DNA of 64,000 nt from a bacterium (lineage in GTDB: Bacteria; JAHJDO01). Shown one piece after another: positions 16,749-26,335 of this stretch (positions are counted from its first letter, which is position 1; each line of letters starts with the position of its first letter). A model generated the notes under the pieces. That model saw only the letters and a program-made list of their open reading frames with translations, had not been told where the DNA came from and ran no database searches. A program made the translations under genes and the position numbers. The stretch lies in assembly GCA_043824255.1 (NCBI GenBank), contig JBDRTG010000005.1:24650-88649 (forward strand), given 5' to 3'.

Positions 16749-19013
16749 TTACCTAATAATAATATTCTCAGCCAGCCGCAGTTCCAGCAGGGCTTGGAGA
16801 AAGGATAGCGTCGACTCCGCGCCCTGATTCTCGTTCACACGGTCGGGATGCAGGCCGTCCCGACAACCGCCTGTCGTCGGATCGTAGAGGGGCAGATTAA
16901 GATCATTGCGTCCAAGGAACCATTCAAAGGCGCGGCGGGCTTCCTTGTGCCAGCGTTCATCGAGCGTGATCCGGTAGGCTTCGAGACAGGCAGAGACCAT
17001 CGCCTGCGCCTCCACCGGCTGTTGATCGAACCGGGCCCGCTCACCACCTTGCGGATAAAAACCATCGGATCCGATAGGAACAAAATACCCCGCGTCCGCG
17101 CGCTGCAAGTCAGCCAGCCAACTCAGCGACTCCAATCCGGTTTCGGTCATGGCGGCATTGGACATCGCTTGGCCACATAGGAGCAAGGCGTGCGGTAACG
17201 CGGCGTTGCAATAGGTCAGCCGGTCTTCATACCAGCACCATTCATCTGAGTGGTGGTTTTTATACAACGTCAGCAGCCGCCCGGACAATTTCTCGCGAAC
17301 CTGGCCAGCCTGGCGGTCACCGGCAAACCGCTGTAGGTATTCTTGGATGCCAATGATCGCAAAAGCCCAAGCGCGCGGGCTTGGTGTATCAAGAATAGCT
17401 GGTAAAGCCTGCTCGAACAACCAGCCCGCCATATTGTGCAAGGTCGGCATATTCAAGCGACCCAACACGGTGCCTAACGCCCGCAATGTTCGGCCGTAGC
17501 TGTCGTCGGAACCGCTATCTTCCAGCCAATTGCGCTGGTAATCTATAAAGTTACGGAAGCGTCTGGTTTTCGTATTGAAGGCATACCATATAAAGGCGAG
17601 ATAACGGGAGCCTAGTTCTAAAGCCTCTTCGTTGCCCAGGTCTTCCATAAGGGCGCTTACCATCAGCGCGCGGGCGTTGTCATCGGTAGTGTAGCCCTCG
17701 TGATAGTTGGGCACCGTGAAAATGGCGTGTTGCATGATGCCGGTTTTGTCCGTCATATGACGCAGGTGATCCAGTTTGAGAGGCGGCAATTCGCCCGGGC
17801 GTTTGTCCAGAGGTTTAACCGCAAAGTCAGGGTGAACAAAATGACGGCGTTCCATTCGCGCGCGTTCAAAACACTCCATATAACGGCTTGCTACCTGCGG
17901 CCAGATCATCTCTCGCCCAAACACATAGGCTCGCTTGCGCATGGCGTGGCGCTGAGACTCATTGTCTAAAAGGTCAATCACCTGATCGGCCAGCGCTGCC
18001 GGATCCCGGAACGGCACCAGCACTCCCCGTCCTTCGGCCAGCATCTCTTCCGCATACCAATACGGTGTAGAAATCACCGCCTTGCCCGCCCCCAGAGTGT
18101 AAGCGAGTGTGCCGGAGGTGATTTGCGCTACATCGAGATAGGGCGTGATGTAAATATCCGCTGCGCTGATGAATTTAACAAGTTCTTCCAAACTTACAAA
18201 GCGGTTGTAAAAGATCACCTGACCTTCCACGCCTTTCTCCTGAGCCAGCCATTGCAGGGACAGCCGGTATGTTTCGCCTTCATTCTGCACGACATGAGGG
18301 TGGGTCGCGCCAAGGACGATGTATACCACGTTCGGGTGCCGGGCTAAAATGGCGGGCAGGGCGGCGATGACATTTTCGATGCCTTTACTCGCCGAAAGCA
18401 AACCAAAGCTGAGCAAGACGATTTTGCCCTCAACCCCAAACAGGTCTTTGTGAAAACTTGGGTCTACAAAGGGCACATCAGGGATGCCGTGCGGGATCAG
18501 ATCAATCTTATCCGGCGGCACGCCATAGACCTCATGCAGGAATTCTGCGCCGCGCTTACTCATAACAACCAGCCGATCAGACAAAGCCGCGACTTCTTCC
18601 AATACCCGCTTCTGATCAAGGTCGGGATCGCGCAGAATGGTGTGTAGTGTCGTGACAATGGGCATCCGCAATTCGCGCAAGAGCTCTAGGATGTGACTGC
18701 CCGCGTGTCCGCCAAAAATGCCATACTCATGCTGCAGGGATACGAGGTCTACGTTGTTGATATTCAGGAAGTCAGCAGCGCGGCGATAGGAATTAATATC
18801 CTTCTCTGTGAGCTCAAACCGCACGCGGAGCGGATAGGCGTAACCGGCCTTGATGTCATTGACCGGCAGGGCAATGCAGGTTGTTTGACTATATTGGGCG
18901 GCAATGGTCTCACACAAATCAGTAGTAAATGTGGCGATACCGCACTGACGCGGCAAGTAGTTGCCGATGAACGCAATGCGATTAAGTATTGAATTGGTTG
19001 AATTGTGACCCAT
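16749..19013 (-). CDS. GT4 glycosyltransferase fused to a C-terminal six-hairpin glycosidase-like domain; GC-rich
   Basis: YLPRQCGIATF, QHEYGIFGG, GLLSASKGIE, TSGTLAY, GYTTDDNARAL, FDQQP, NQGAEST; AGGAG spacing favours ATG 19013. Confidence 0.9.
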   Translation of the reverse strand: MGHNSTNSILNRIAFIGNYLPRQCGIATFTTDLCETIAAQYSQTTCIALPVNDIKAGYAYPLRVRFELTEKDINSYRRAADFLNINNVDLVSLQHEYGIFGGHAGSHILELLRELRMPIVTTLHTILRDPDLDQKRVLEEVAALSDRLVVMSKRGAEFLHEVYGVPPDKIDLIPHGIPDVPFVDPSFHKDLFGVEGKIVLLSFGLLSASKGIENVIAALPAILARHPNVVYIVLGATHPHVVQNEGETYRLSLQWLAQEKGVEGQVIFYNRFVSLEELVKFISAADIYITPYLDVAQITSGTLAYTLGAGKAVISTPYWYAEEMLAEGRGVLVPFRDPAALADQVIDLLDNESQRHAMRKRAYVFGREMIWPQVASRYMECFERARMERRHFVHPDFAVKPLDKRPGELPPLKLDHLRHMTDKTGIMQHAIFTVPNYHEGYTTDDNARALMVSALMEDLGNEEALELGSRYLAFIWYAFNTKTRRFRNFIDYQRNWLEDSGSDDSYGRTLRALGTVLGRLNMPTLHNMAGWLFEQALPAILDTPSPRAWAFAIIGIQEYLQRFAGDRQAGQVREKLSGRLLTLYKNHHSDEWCWYEDRLTYCNAALPHALLLCGQAMSNAAMTETGLESLSWLADLQRADAGYFVPIGSDGFYPQGGERARFDQQPVEAQAMVSACLEAYRITLDERWHKEARRAFEWFLGRNDLNLPLYDPTTGGCRDGLHPDRVNENQGAESTLSFLQALLELRLAENIIIR

Positions 19014-19162
19014 GACGAACATCTCCTTTCTGGAAACCAGCTTCCTTTCTTCTTATAGGGCTTGATAACAACACTTACAATATCAAACTTTCCTCTTTTT
19101 TCTGCCAAAAGTTTTAAAGACGGAAGAGTAAAATTATCAGAACCAAAAAAATTATTTTCATA

Positions 19163-20329
19163 TTATCTAATTTCCTCGAAAAAAGGCGTTCTCTTCTTTT
19201 CTACACACTCAGCAGCATAAAGATACATAGCAGCAGACCAACTTTGCCAATTCTGTCCCCGAGGTGTACCGTCTTGTGCGCGATGCCATTCGTTAAATCC
19301 GAACTCAGTTTTTGCTTCCCTTGTCTGTTTAACAAGTTTTGCCAAAGATAGTAATTTTCTTTTTGCCAGATTCAACATCCCCGCAGAAACTAAAGCTGCA
19401 ATATAAAACCCACAAACAAAAGGCCAGATACCACCATTATGATATTCTCCCAGCTGATTGTATTTCTTGTAACGTGGTAGCCAATCAGGATCTTCTTCTT
19501 TGATATAAGGGAAAAAATTAGGGGGTAAATCAACAGCCAATTCTCCTCTATTCGTCATCGCTTTGCACTCAGTCTCTATCCAGCTAATAAGTTTTTTTGC
19601 CCTGGAAGGTTGCGCTATTCCGGATAAGATTGCAAGGCTGTTGCCTAGCAAATCAAAGCGTTCGCTTCTATATATTTTATATGACCATATTGCATAATAA
19701 GGTTTAGACCGCAGCACCAATCCTTCATGGACATGGCGGTTCTGCTTGTCATCTTTTACAGTAAAACGAGTCATATGCTTTTTAAGAATTCCAGCCCGTT
19801 CATTTAATCCAAACAATTTAAGATAAATATAAACAAGTGTGTTCACAAATAATCCATATCCTAAAACCCACTGCTCGTCACGCCAGTCGCTGGTTGGTAA
19901 TTGTGAAACCATAATGCGATTAGTAGGGCTGCGATATTCCATCCATGTAATAGACTTTCTAACAGCATCTTCAAGAAAATCCGGTTCATTCATAACCTTC
20001 CTCCACAGCCCAACACCAATTAAAAATAGAGGTGTACAATCACTAGAGCCACGGTCTTCAGAATCGTGAACTAAAGAAGGAATATGGCCCAAAGGAGATT
20101 GGTTTTTCGCTAATGTTTCAAGAACACGCTTCATTGATTTAATCAACTTTTTATTTTTTGTCGTAAGAATCCCAAAGGAACTAATCAGCAAATCTCTTGT
20201 ATATGGTTCAGGATAACCCCAGCCTGCAGTTCTCGGTAAACCACGATATGGACCATGGTTATTGTGTAATAAAACTTCTAAAGCAGCATGCTTCGCTTTT
20301 TCCAAAAGTTCTTTATCTTTCTTTTTCAT
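19163..20329 (-). CDS. Six-hairpin glycoside hydrolase (GH100 invertase-like / amylo-alpha-1,6-glucosidase-like)
   Basis: YTRD, DWRD, FDLLGNSLA, YHNGGIWP, FNEW, QSWSAA. Confidence 0.8.
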   Translation of the reverse strand: MKKKDKELLEKAKHAALEVLLHNNHGPYRGLPRTAGWGYPEPYTRDLLISSFGILTTKNKKLIKSMKRVLETLAKNQSPLGHIPSLVHDSEDRGSSDCTPLFLIGVGLWRKVMNEPDFLEDAVRKSITWMEYRSPTNRIMVSQLPTSDWRDEQWVLGYGLFVNTLVYIYLKLFGLNERAGILKKHMTRFTVKDDKQNRHVHEGLVLRSKPYYAIWSYKIYRSERFDLLGNSLAILSGIAQPSRAKKLISWIETECKAMTNRGELAVDLPPNFFPYIKEEDPDWLPRYKKYNQLGEYHNGGIWPFVCGFYIAALVSAGMLNLAKRKLLSLAKLVKQTREAKTEFGFNEWHRAQDGTPRGQNWQSWSAAMYLYAAECVEKKRTPFFEEIR

Positions 20330-20330
20330 A

Positions 20331-21473
20331 CTACGAAATCCCCAAACGCTTTGATACTATTTGAACAAACTTTTTAGCTATAAGTCGATAATCAAAATTT
20401 TCAACGACCCTCTTTCTTCCTTCTTTACCCATTTTTTCTCTCAAGTCAGCGTCTTGCATTAAATCCATAAGATATTTAGCAATATCATTAACACTAGCTC
20501 TGTAATCTACCGTCCTTGGTCTTTTAAAAGTATGTATATGTCCATCCTCGTATCCGGATTCATCTCCAAGAATTGTTTCTCTAAGTTTAATTTCCTGAGC
20601 AACATCAGCTAAAAAAGCCGTTTTTCCATGAACCAAGGTATCCAGCATCCCCATTGCTTTTATTCCTATGACCGGTTTCCCGCATGCATTTGCTTCTATT
20701 TGAATCATACCAAATCCTTCCAAACGAGACGGAGCGGCATAAATATCACAGGCGGATAATAAATAGGGCATAAAATTTCTGGAAACGCTGTTTATAGTAT
20801 AAACTACATTTTTATCTATCCCTAAATGGGTGGCTAATTGCAAATCGTCTAGATTCTGCCGATATGTACGCGGTTGTGGCCAAACTTTACAAACATATTT
20901 CCAATCAGGAGCCTTAGTATCGTTTATCGCTAAAGCCTGCATAACTTCCTGTGCACCTTTTGAGGCTGCATCACCGCCTACAGTTAAAATCATTATTTGG
21001 TCATCTGCTATGCCTAAAGTTTCACGCACAGCGATAACCTTTGGCTCTTTCTTATCACGAGGCATAAAAGCATCCGTATCACAACCTACGTGCAAAACCT
21101 CAATGTTTTTACCACTAAGACCATCACGTATATACACTTTTTTAACCCAATTGGAAGTAACAAGCACTAAAGGCAAATTGTCAAGTATCTCACTATAGTT
21201 CGCCATATAACCATCAGCGACCAGCCAAGGAACAGCTGTTAACCCGTATCTTTGGGGATGAAGGACTAAATGAGATGTTTGCCCCCAGTATCCAATGCCT
21301 ACAACAATATCAGGTTCAAACCACCTGTAATACCACTCTTTCTCTTGAGCAGACTCAAAGTTTACAGAATAAACATCAATCCCCATTTCCTCCAGCCCTC
21401 TATGCAACAAATGTCCTTGTGTTGCAAGACCTGCCGGCGGGGGAGGGTAATCATATAAAAGCAATACTTTCAT
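20331..21473 (-). CDS. GT4 glycosyltransferase
   Basis: GLATQG, KGAQE, DIYAAPSRLEGFGMIQIEANACGKPVI. Confidence 0.9.
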   Translation of the reverse strand: MKVLLLYDYPPPPAGLATQGHLLHRGLEEMGIDVYSVNFESAQEKEWYYRWFEPDIVVGIGYWGQTSHLVLHPQRYGLTAVPWLVADGYMANYSEILDNLPLVLVTSNWVKKVYIRDGLSGKNIEVLHVGCDTDAFMPRDKKEPKVIAVRETLGIADDQIMILTVGGDAASKGAQEVMQALAINDTKAPDWKYVCKVWPQPRTYRQNLDDLQLATHLGIDKNVVYTINSVSRNFMPYLLSACDIYAAPSRLEGFGMIQIEANACGKPVIGIKAMGMLDTLVHGKTAFLADVAQEIKLRETILGDESGYEDGHIHTFKRPRTVDYRASVNDIAKYLMDLMQDADLREKMGKEGRKRVVENFDYRLIAKKFVQIVSKRLGIS

Positions 21474-21487
21474 TTAAACTCTCCTTT

Positions 21488-22114
21488 CTAAATTTTCATA
21501 CGCCAGAATGCTTCTTTTCTGGGTGTTGTTCTTGCTTCAAAACTATCCTTATCAAAACCATATATTTCAGTTATAATATTATACTTCCTCTGCCATATCT
21601 CATCAGTAAGTTCAACTAACAAATCTGCCTCAACAATCGCTTTTGGGAGATATTTTCCATTACTATCTTCATATGCAAATGTCCATAACTGATTTGCGGA
21701 TACTTTCTTATTGCGCCACAAACTTAAAACTGCATTTGCAGTTTCTTCATGCCTTAAATGTCTTGTGTACTCACCATCCAAACTATGTGTAATAATAATC
21801 TCAAACATGCTGGAAGGCAATAATTCCATTATAGTTTTTTGAATTTCTATACTACTTAAAGAATTTTGTTCTGGCCCATCATCCAAATCAGCCATAAAGC
21901 CAGCTGCTTTGAAATTATCAAGAGTTTTAAAAAACTTAGGAGCACGGTTAGTATCACTTTTTCTGCAAATTGTAATTATTGTCCAGTCAACTTGCGTATT
22001 TGAAAGTATCATGCCTCCAGCCCACAAAGTTTCATCATCCGGATGGGCAACGATAACAGCGCATTTACTGTTTTTCTTTATTGGCGCAACCCCATTATAA
22101 AAGTTTTTTGTCAT
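21488..22114 (-). CDS. PIG-L/LmbE family deacetylase; start reassigned to ATG 22114
   Basis: VAHPDDE, ITH...GEY..H..H metal motifs; ATGA overlap with the upstream stop. Confidence 0.85.
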   Translation of the reverse strand: MTKNFYNGVAPIKKNSKCAVIVAHPDDETLWAGGMILSNTQVDWTIITICRKSDTNRAPKFFKTLDNFKAAGFMADLDDGPEQNSLSSIEIQKTIMELLPSSMFEIIITHSLDGEYTRHLRHEETANAVLSLWRNKKVSANQLWTFAYEDSNGKYLPKAIVEADLLVELTDEIWQRKYNIITEIYGFDKDSFEARTTPRKEAFWRMKI

Positions 22115-24051
22115 GCTGTAACCATCTTGGCGTTCAATCGTTGTTCGCCTGCTTTTAGGATAGCCTCCAGTGTTTCTGAATAAGACATGCCCGCTATACT
22201 TGCCATCTTTGTAAGATGTCCGTCCCAGCACCAGCCTGGATTGGGATTCACCTCAAGAAGCTTGGGATTGCCTTCTGAGTCAAGTCTCCAATCAAAACGG
22301 CAGTAATCTCTATTTTCCAGCCTTTCAAAAAGCTTTAAACACCATTCTTCAATAAGCTTATTTGTCTCCTCCGGTAATTCAGCAGGGACGGATTTAATTT
22401 TCCAGTATGGTGAGTCTGGGAGCCACTTAGACTCGTATCCGCATATTTTTGGAAGTTCTGCTGAAATTAATGAATAATCCGCCTCAATAATAGGTAAGAC
22501 TGTGTAAGATCCAGGGGAATTTCCTATTATTCCTACGCTCAAATCTTTTCCTGTAAGAAATTCCTCAACAAGAATAGGTTTATCATAGCCGAATTTCTCC
22601 CGCATTTCTGAGATTGCGTTAACAAGTTCCTCAATATTATTTGCCACACTTCTTTGGGTTATTCCAAAACTGGAATCGCCGAAGTTTGGTTTGACTATAA
22701 CAGGAAATCCAAAGGGAAGTTCAAAAGCAGTGTCTTCGGGCTTGATAAAGAATGCCGCAGGTACAGGAATATCCATTTCCTGCGCAATTCCACGTACAAG
22801 TGATTTGTCATAACAATAAGCAAGAGACTGAGGTCCAGAGCCTGTATATGGAATATCAAGCATTTCTATCAGAGAAGGGATATGAAGCTCTTTTCTGGCA
22901 TCATTATTGAATCCCTCATCGCATAGGTTAAGAACCATCAGATTTTCTTTTGTTTTCAGTTTTGCCATATCATGAAGCAGAGTATCGTGATTGCTAAGAT
23001 AGGTAAAGGAATAGTCTTTCAGTTCTCTTAGTGCATTTTTTAATTGATCGATTGTATAGTAGTCATCATCGTCAAAGGAAGATAATGGCTTCAAAGGATC
23101 CGGTTTTGCTGGGTCGCCTAAGATCACAACTACATTCTTTGCTGCCTCTTTTTTCCTCTTGGAAGCTGTCCATCCTTTTCTTACTAAGGCTGTTACGATA
23201 ATTCTTTTCGCCATCATTCCCAAATCCTGATTCCGTTGAGAATCAGGAGATAGTTCACCGGGAAAGGTAATGCTGCTGAATCCTACTGTTTTTAAAAGTT
23301 CACTTATAGTTTTGCGGGTATAGAGTCTCTCTGCATAGAATTGATCCGCAATAATGCCTTTTCCAACGTGTGTAATCAATTCTCGAGAAATTAGACGCTG
23401 TTTGTCCGTTGAGAGCGAACGTTCCCTACAAACGAAATACTTTTTATCAATCCATTCCCATGATCTTGGTTTATACTGTTTCCTTAAATATTCCCCGTCA
23501 GTAATGTCGATGAGAAGTTTTCCCCATGGCTTTAGGACTCGAAAAATCTCTTTTAAAACTCTCATATCATCCTGAATTGTTTCAAAATAGCCAAAACTAT
23601 TTCCCAAAACCATTACCACATCAAAGGTGTCTGGCGCATAGGGAAGTTTTCGGGCGTCACCTTCCTTAAATTTAATATCCAACACTTTCTTTTTCGCTCT
23701 AAATTTTGCCTTTTGAATCAGATAGTGGGAACGATCTATTCCTTCAACATATTTAAAACCTCTCCTTGTTAATCCAACAGAATGACGTCCCTGTCCGCAA
23801 CATAAATCCAGGATTTTATTATCTGGAGATAACTTTAAAATATCAGAGAACAAATCCAATTCATGATTAGTGATATTCTTATCCTCAACTACATCACCAT
23901 CTGTTTTTATATACAGGGAGTTAAAAATATTGCGCCACCAATCTGGACGCACATGCTCTTCAAGACTTGATACGGGTCCTAATATTCTTTGATAGTATTT
24001 ACTCTTTTTCCTGCTTTGCGGAGGTTTGTCATTAGACGTTCTTTCATTCAT
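22111..24051 (-). CDS. Fusion of a class I SAM-dependent methyltransferase and a D-Ala-D-Ala ligase-like ATP-grasp ligase
   Basis: N-half LDLCCGQGRH, GDAR, GNSFGYF; C-half PYTGS, DK, VIVKP...SSFGI, LVEEFL.G, RFDWR, LEVNPNPG. Confidence 0.88.
   Translation of the reverse strand: MNERTSNDKPPQSRKKSKYYQRILGPVSSLEEHVRPDWWRNIFNSLYIKTDGDVVEDKNITNHELDLFSDILKLSPDNKILDLCCGQGRHSVGLTRRGFKYVEGIDRSHYLIQKAKFRAKKKVLDIKFKEGDARKLPYAPDTFDVVMVLGNSFGYFETIQDDMRVLKEIFRVLKPWGKLLIDITDGEYLRKQYKPRSWEWIDKKYFVCRERSLSTDKQRLISRELITHVGKGIIADQFYAERLYTRKTISELLKTVGFSSITFPGELSPDSQRNQDLGMMAKRIIVTALVRKGWTASKRKKEAAKNVVVILGDPAKPDPLKPLSSFDDDDYYTIDQLKNALRELKDYSFTYLSNHDTLLHDMAKLKTKENLMVLNLCDEGFNNDARKELHIPSLIEMLDIPYTGSGPQSLAYCYDKSLVRGIAQEMDIPVPAAFFIKPEDTAFELPFGFPVIVKPNFGDSSFGITQRSVANNIEELVNAISEMREKFGYDKPILVEEFLTGKDLSVGIIGNSPGSYTVLPIIEADYSLISAELPKICGYESKWLPDSPYWKIKSVPAELPEETNKLIEEWCLKLFERLENRDYCRFDWRLDSEGNPKLLEVNPNPGWCWDGHLTKMASIAGMSYSETLEAILKAGEQRLNAKMVTA
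22132..22298. repeat. 167-bp imperfect direct repeat with 16541-16707
   Basis: 15 mismatches in 167 nt, no gaps, offset 5591 bp. Confidence 0.9.
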
Positions 24052-24088
24052 CGTTTTTTCCTCTCTATTTTGCTGCTATGTTATTGTG

Positions 24089-25012
24089 TTAATCAAAACA
24101 TCTTTCCACCAAATTGTTGAGGTCAGCAGTAGCCAGGCAGATACAAGTATCACATGCTCCGTAGTAAATTTTTACCTCACGGGTTTTTTCGTCTAAAATC
24201 ACTCCGCAACAGAAAACCACATTATCCACATCGCCTACCCTTTCATAGTATTCTCTAGGAGATAGGATAGGAGCTTTGCTCCTGGCGATTAATTTAGAAG
24301 GGTCTTTGAGGTCAAATAAAGCGGCACCCAAGCGATAGATACTGCCGCTCGCTGTCTTTTTCACTCCATGGTAAATTTCCAGCCAGCCTCTATCAGTCTC
24401 AATCGGAGGCGCGCAAGCGCCGATGCGATGGGAATCCCAATAGCCGGATCTACTCTCTATAACACATCTGGAGTTTCCCCAATAGACTAAATCCTTGGAA
24501 TAGGATATCCACATCCCTTGCTGGGCTGGACGGTCAAAGCGGACAAAACAACCATCAATCTTTTTAGGGAAAAGAACCGCATCCTTATTATCTGGTTGTG
24601 AAATAAGGGCGATTCTTTCAAAAGTTTTGAAATCTTCTGTAGAAGCAAGAGCAATGCGTGGTCCGACATGAGAGTAAGCGGTATAAATAATGTAGTAAAC
24701 ATTTCCAATCCTTGTAATTCTTGGGTCTTCTATACCTCTCCTTTCATATGTCTTAAACGGCTCCTTATCACTTCGCTGCATAACCGGATTTTTGGAAATT
24801 TTAAACTTAATTCCATCCTGACTCTCTGCCAGAAAAAACCTTGACTTTCCGTCTAATCCTTCTACGCGCAGCAAAAGAAAATACTTATCCTGATAGTATG
24901 CAGCACCCGCATTAAAGACCGAATTGCTAGCCTGTGGAATATGGTTTAGGGTTATAATGGGATTCTTCTCATATCTTTTTACAACCTCCTGCTGCCATTG
25001 TTCTTTCTTCAT
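24089..25012 (-). CDS. GH130 family glycoside phosphorylase/hydrolase
   Basis: VFNAGA, LLRVE, GIEDPRIT, NKDAVLFP, IYHGV, GDVDNVVF, IYYGACD. Confidence 0.92.
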   Translation of the reverse strand: MKKEQWQQEVVKRYEKNPIITLNHIPQASNSVFNAGAAYYQDKYFLLLRVEGLDGKSRFFLAESQDGIKFKISKNPVMQRSDKEPFKTYERRGIEDPRITRIGNVYYIIYTAYSHVGPRIALASTEDFKTFERIALISQPDNKDAVLFPKKIDGCFVRFDRPAQQGMWISYSKDLVYWGNSRCVIESRSGYWDSHRIGACAPPIETDRGWLEIYHGVKKTASGSIYRLGAALFDLKDPSKLIARSKAPILSPREYYERVGDVDNVVFCCGVILDEKTREVKIYYGACDTCICLATADLNNLVERCFD

Positions 25013-25025
25013 ATATATTCTCCTT

Positions 25026-25262
25026 TTAAAAACCCTTTTTCACTTTCAATGCCTTTTCTGGACAGGCTTCTTGACACCCTCCACAGGCATCACAGAGCCT
25101 GATGTCCAGAATGGCTATCTTCTCCCTCACATCCTCTGACCAGCCCAAAGCTTTTTTAGGACACTTTTCAATACATTTGCCACAGCTATTGCATAGGCCA
25201 GGAAATAAAGTGATGACTGCTCCGTCTCCCTCATAAACCAAAGACCTTTCTTTATCTGCCAT
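25026..25262 (-). CDS. 2x[4Fe-4S] ferredoxin-like protein
   Basis: Two CxxCxxCxxxCP motifs. Confidence 0.9.
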   Translation of the reverse strand: MADKERSLVYEGDGAVITLFPGLCNSCGKCIEKCPKKALGWSEDVREKIAILDIRLCDACGGCQEACPEKALKVKKGF

Positions 25263-25323
25263 CGTCCTCCTCTCCTTTATAGGTTAATATACCTTGCTCT
25301 CCCGCAAGGAACAGAAACCGCAC

Positions 25324-26310
25324 TCAATCGGCGGGTAGGTAGAGACTATCCCGATTCGCAATTTCTTTATCCTCCATTTCCATTAACCGGCTGGCTAAGT
25401 TGGAAACCTTCTCATCCAGCTCTTTGATTATCTTCAGTTTATCGTGAAATTCATTCATTTTATTCTCAATAATAGCTTTTCTTAATGCCCTTTTGTATCC
25501 GCAGTAGCCGCATAGAACGCCCAGCCAGAACATAAACTCTTTTTTTTCGTCGTTTACATTTATTGTCTTAAGGATATATTTCTCACATTTTTTGCCTGCT
25601 TCAGATGATGCCTTAGCTAACCAGCGCAGACTGGCATAGAAGTAGCCAGTTGCCCAGTAATAGTTGATTTCATCCGACCAGCAATCGTAGTCAGTAGTTA
25701 AAGCCTTAAAACTTCCATCACCCCTGACAATGCGGAAATTTTTAATATCAGGATCCTCAATGCCCGAACCGTAGTAAAAGTAAATGCCTTTGTCTCTTAA
25801 CATGGGCAGGATTTCTTTCGTTTGTGAGATAAATGGAGCGACATGTGGAAATTGATTAGCCAACTTGAAGAACTCCCTTAAAATGTGTGGCACTTCAAAT
25901 ATTTCTCCCCTTGGATAAATACAAATACTGTCCAGTAAGGCTAAATAGCCAAGAACAGCATCTATGGCAGAATAGGCCTCCTCGCCTAACAGAAGTGGAG
26001 GAAGAAACTCTCCTATATAATGGCAGATGACTGTCCTCTCCTTTTTGCAAACTTGGAATATCTCAGGGTGAAGCATCCCTAGTTCCTTTAAAAGAGCAAA
26101 TATCTCTAAGGATCTCAGGTTCCTTTCCTCATCGGGGAAAGTTGTGGAGACAAACCTCCGAGCTTCACTCTTGAGAACGGAACAGACCACTTTTCTCTCC
26201 CAGCTGTCCTTATCATTTAACCTCGCTTCAAAAGTATATCCATACTTTTCGAGAGGGAATCTTTCTAAGAAGTCCTGACTTACATTGTAGTTTTTTAATT
26301 CCTCAAGCAT
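25324..26310 (-). CDS. Hypothetical protein, probable kinase-like (small-molecule phosphotransferase) fold
   Basis: DPDIKN (DxxxxN) followed by TDYD, resembling the catalytic and Mg-binding loops of APH/choline kinases. Confidence 0.5.
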   Translation of the reverse strand: MLEELKNYNVSQDFLERFPLEKYGYTFEARLNDKDSWERKVVCSVLKSEARRFVSTTFPDEERNLRSLEIFALLKELGMLHPEIFQVCKKERTVICHYIGEFLPPLLLGEEAYSAIDAVLGYLALLDSICIYPRGEIFEVPHILREFFKLANQFPHVAPFISQTKEILPMLRDKGIYFYYGSGIEDPDIKNFRIVRGDGSFKALTTDYDCWSDEINYYWATGYFYASLRWLAKASSEAGKKCEKYILKTINVNDEKKEFMFWLGVLCGYCGYKRALRKAIIENKMNEFHDKLKIIKELDEKVSNLASRLMEMEDKEIANRDSLYLPAD

Positions 26311-26335
26311 ACAAGCTCCTACTTAATTAAAAATT

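Noticed and set aside
22111..24051. Calling this gene ddl or a van-type resistance ligase
   Set aside because: No Ddl N-terminal GGxSxE motif, fused to a methyltransferase, and no vanH/vanX or mur context
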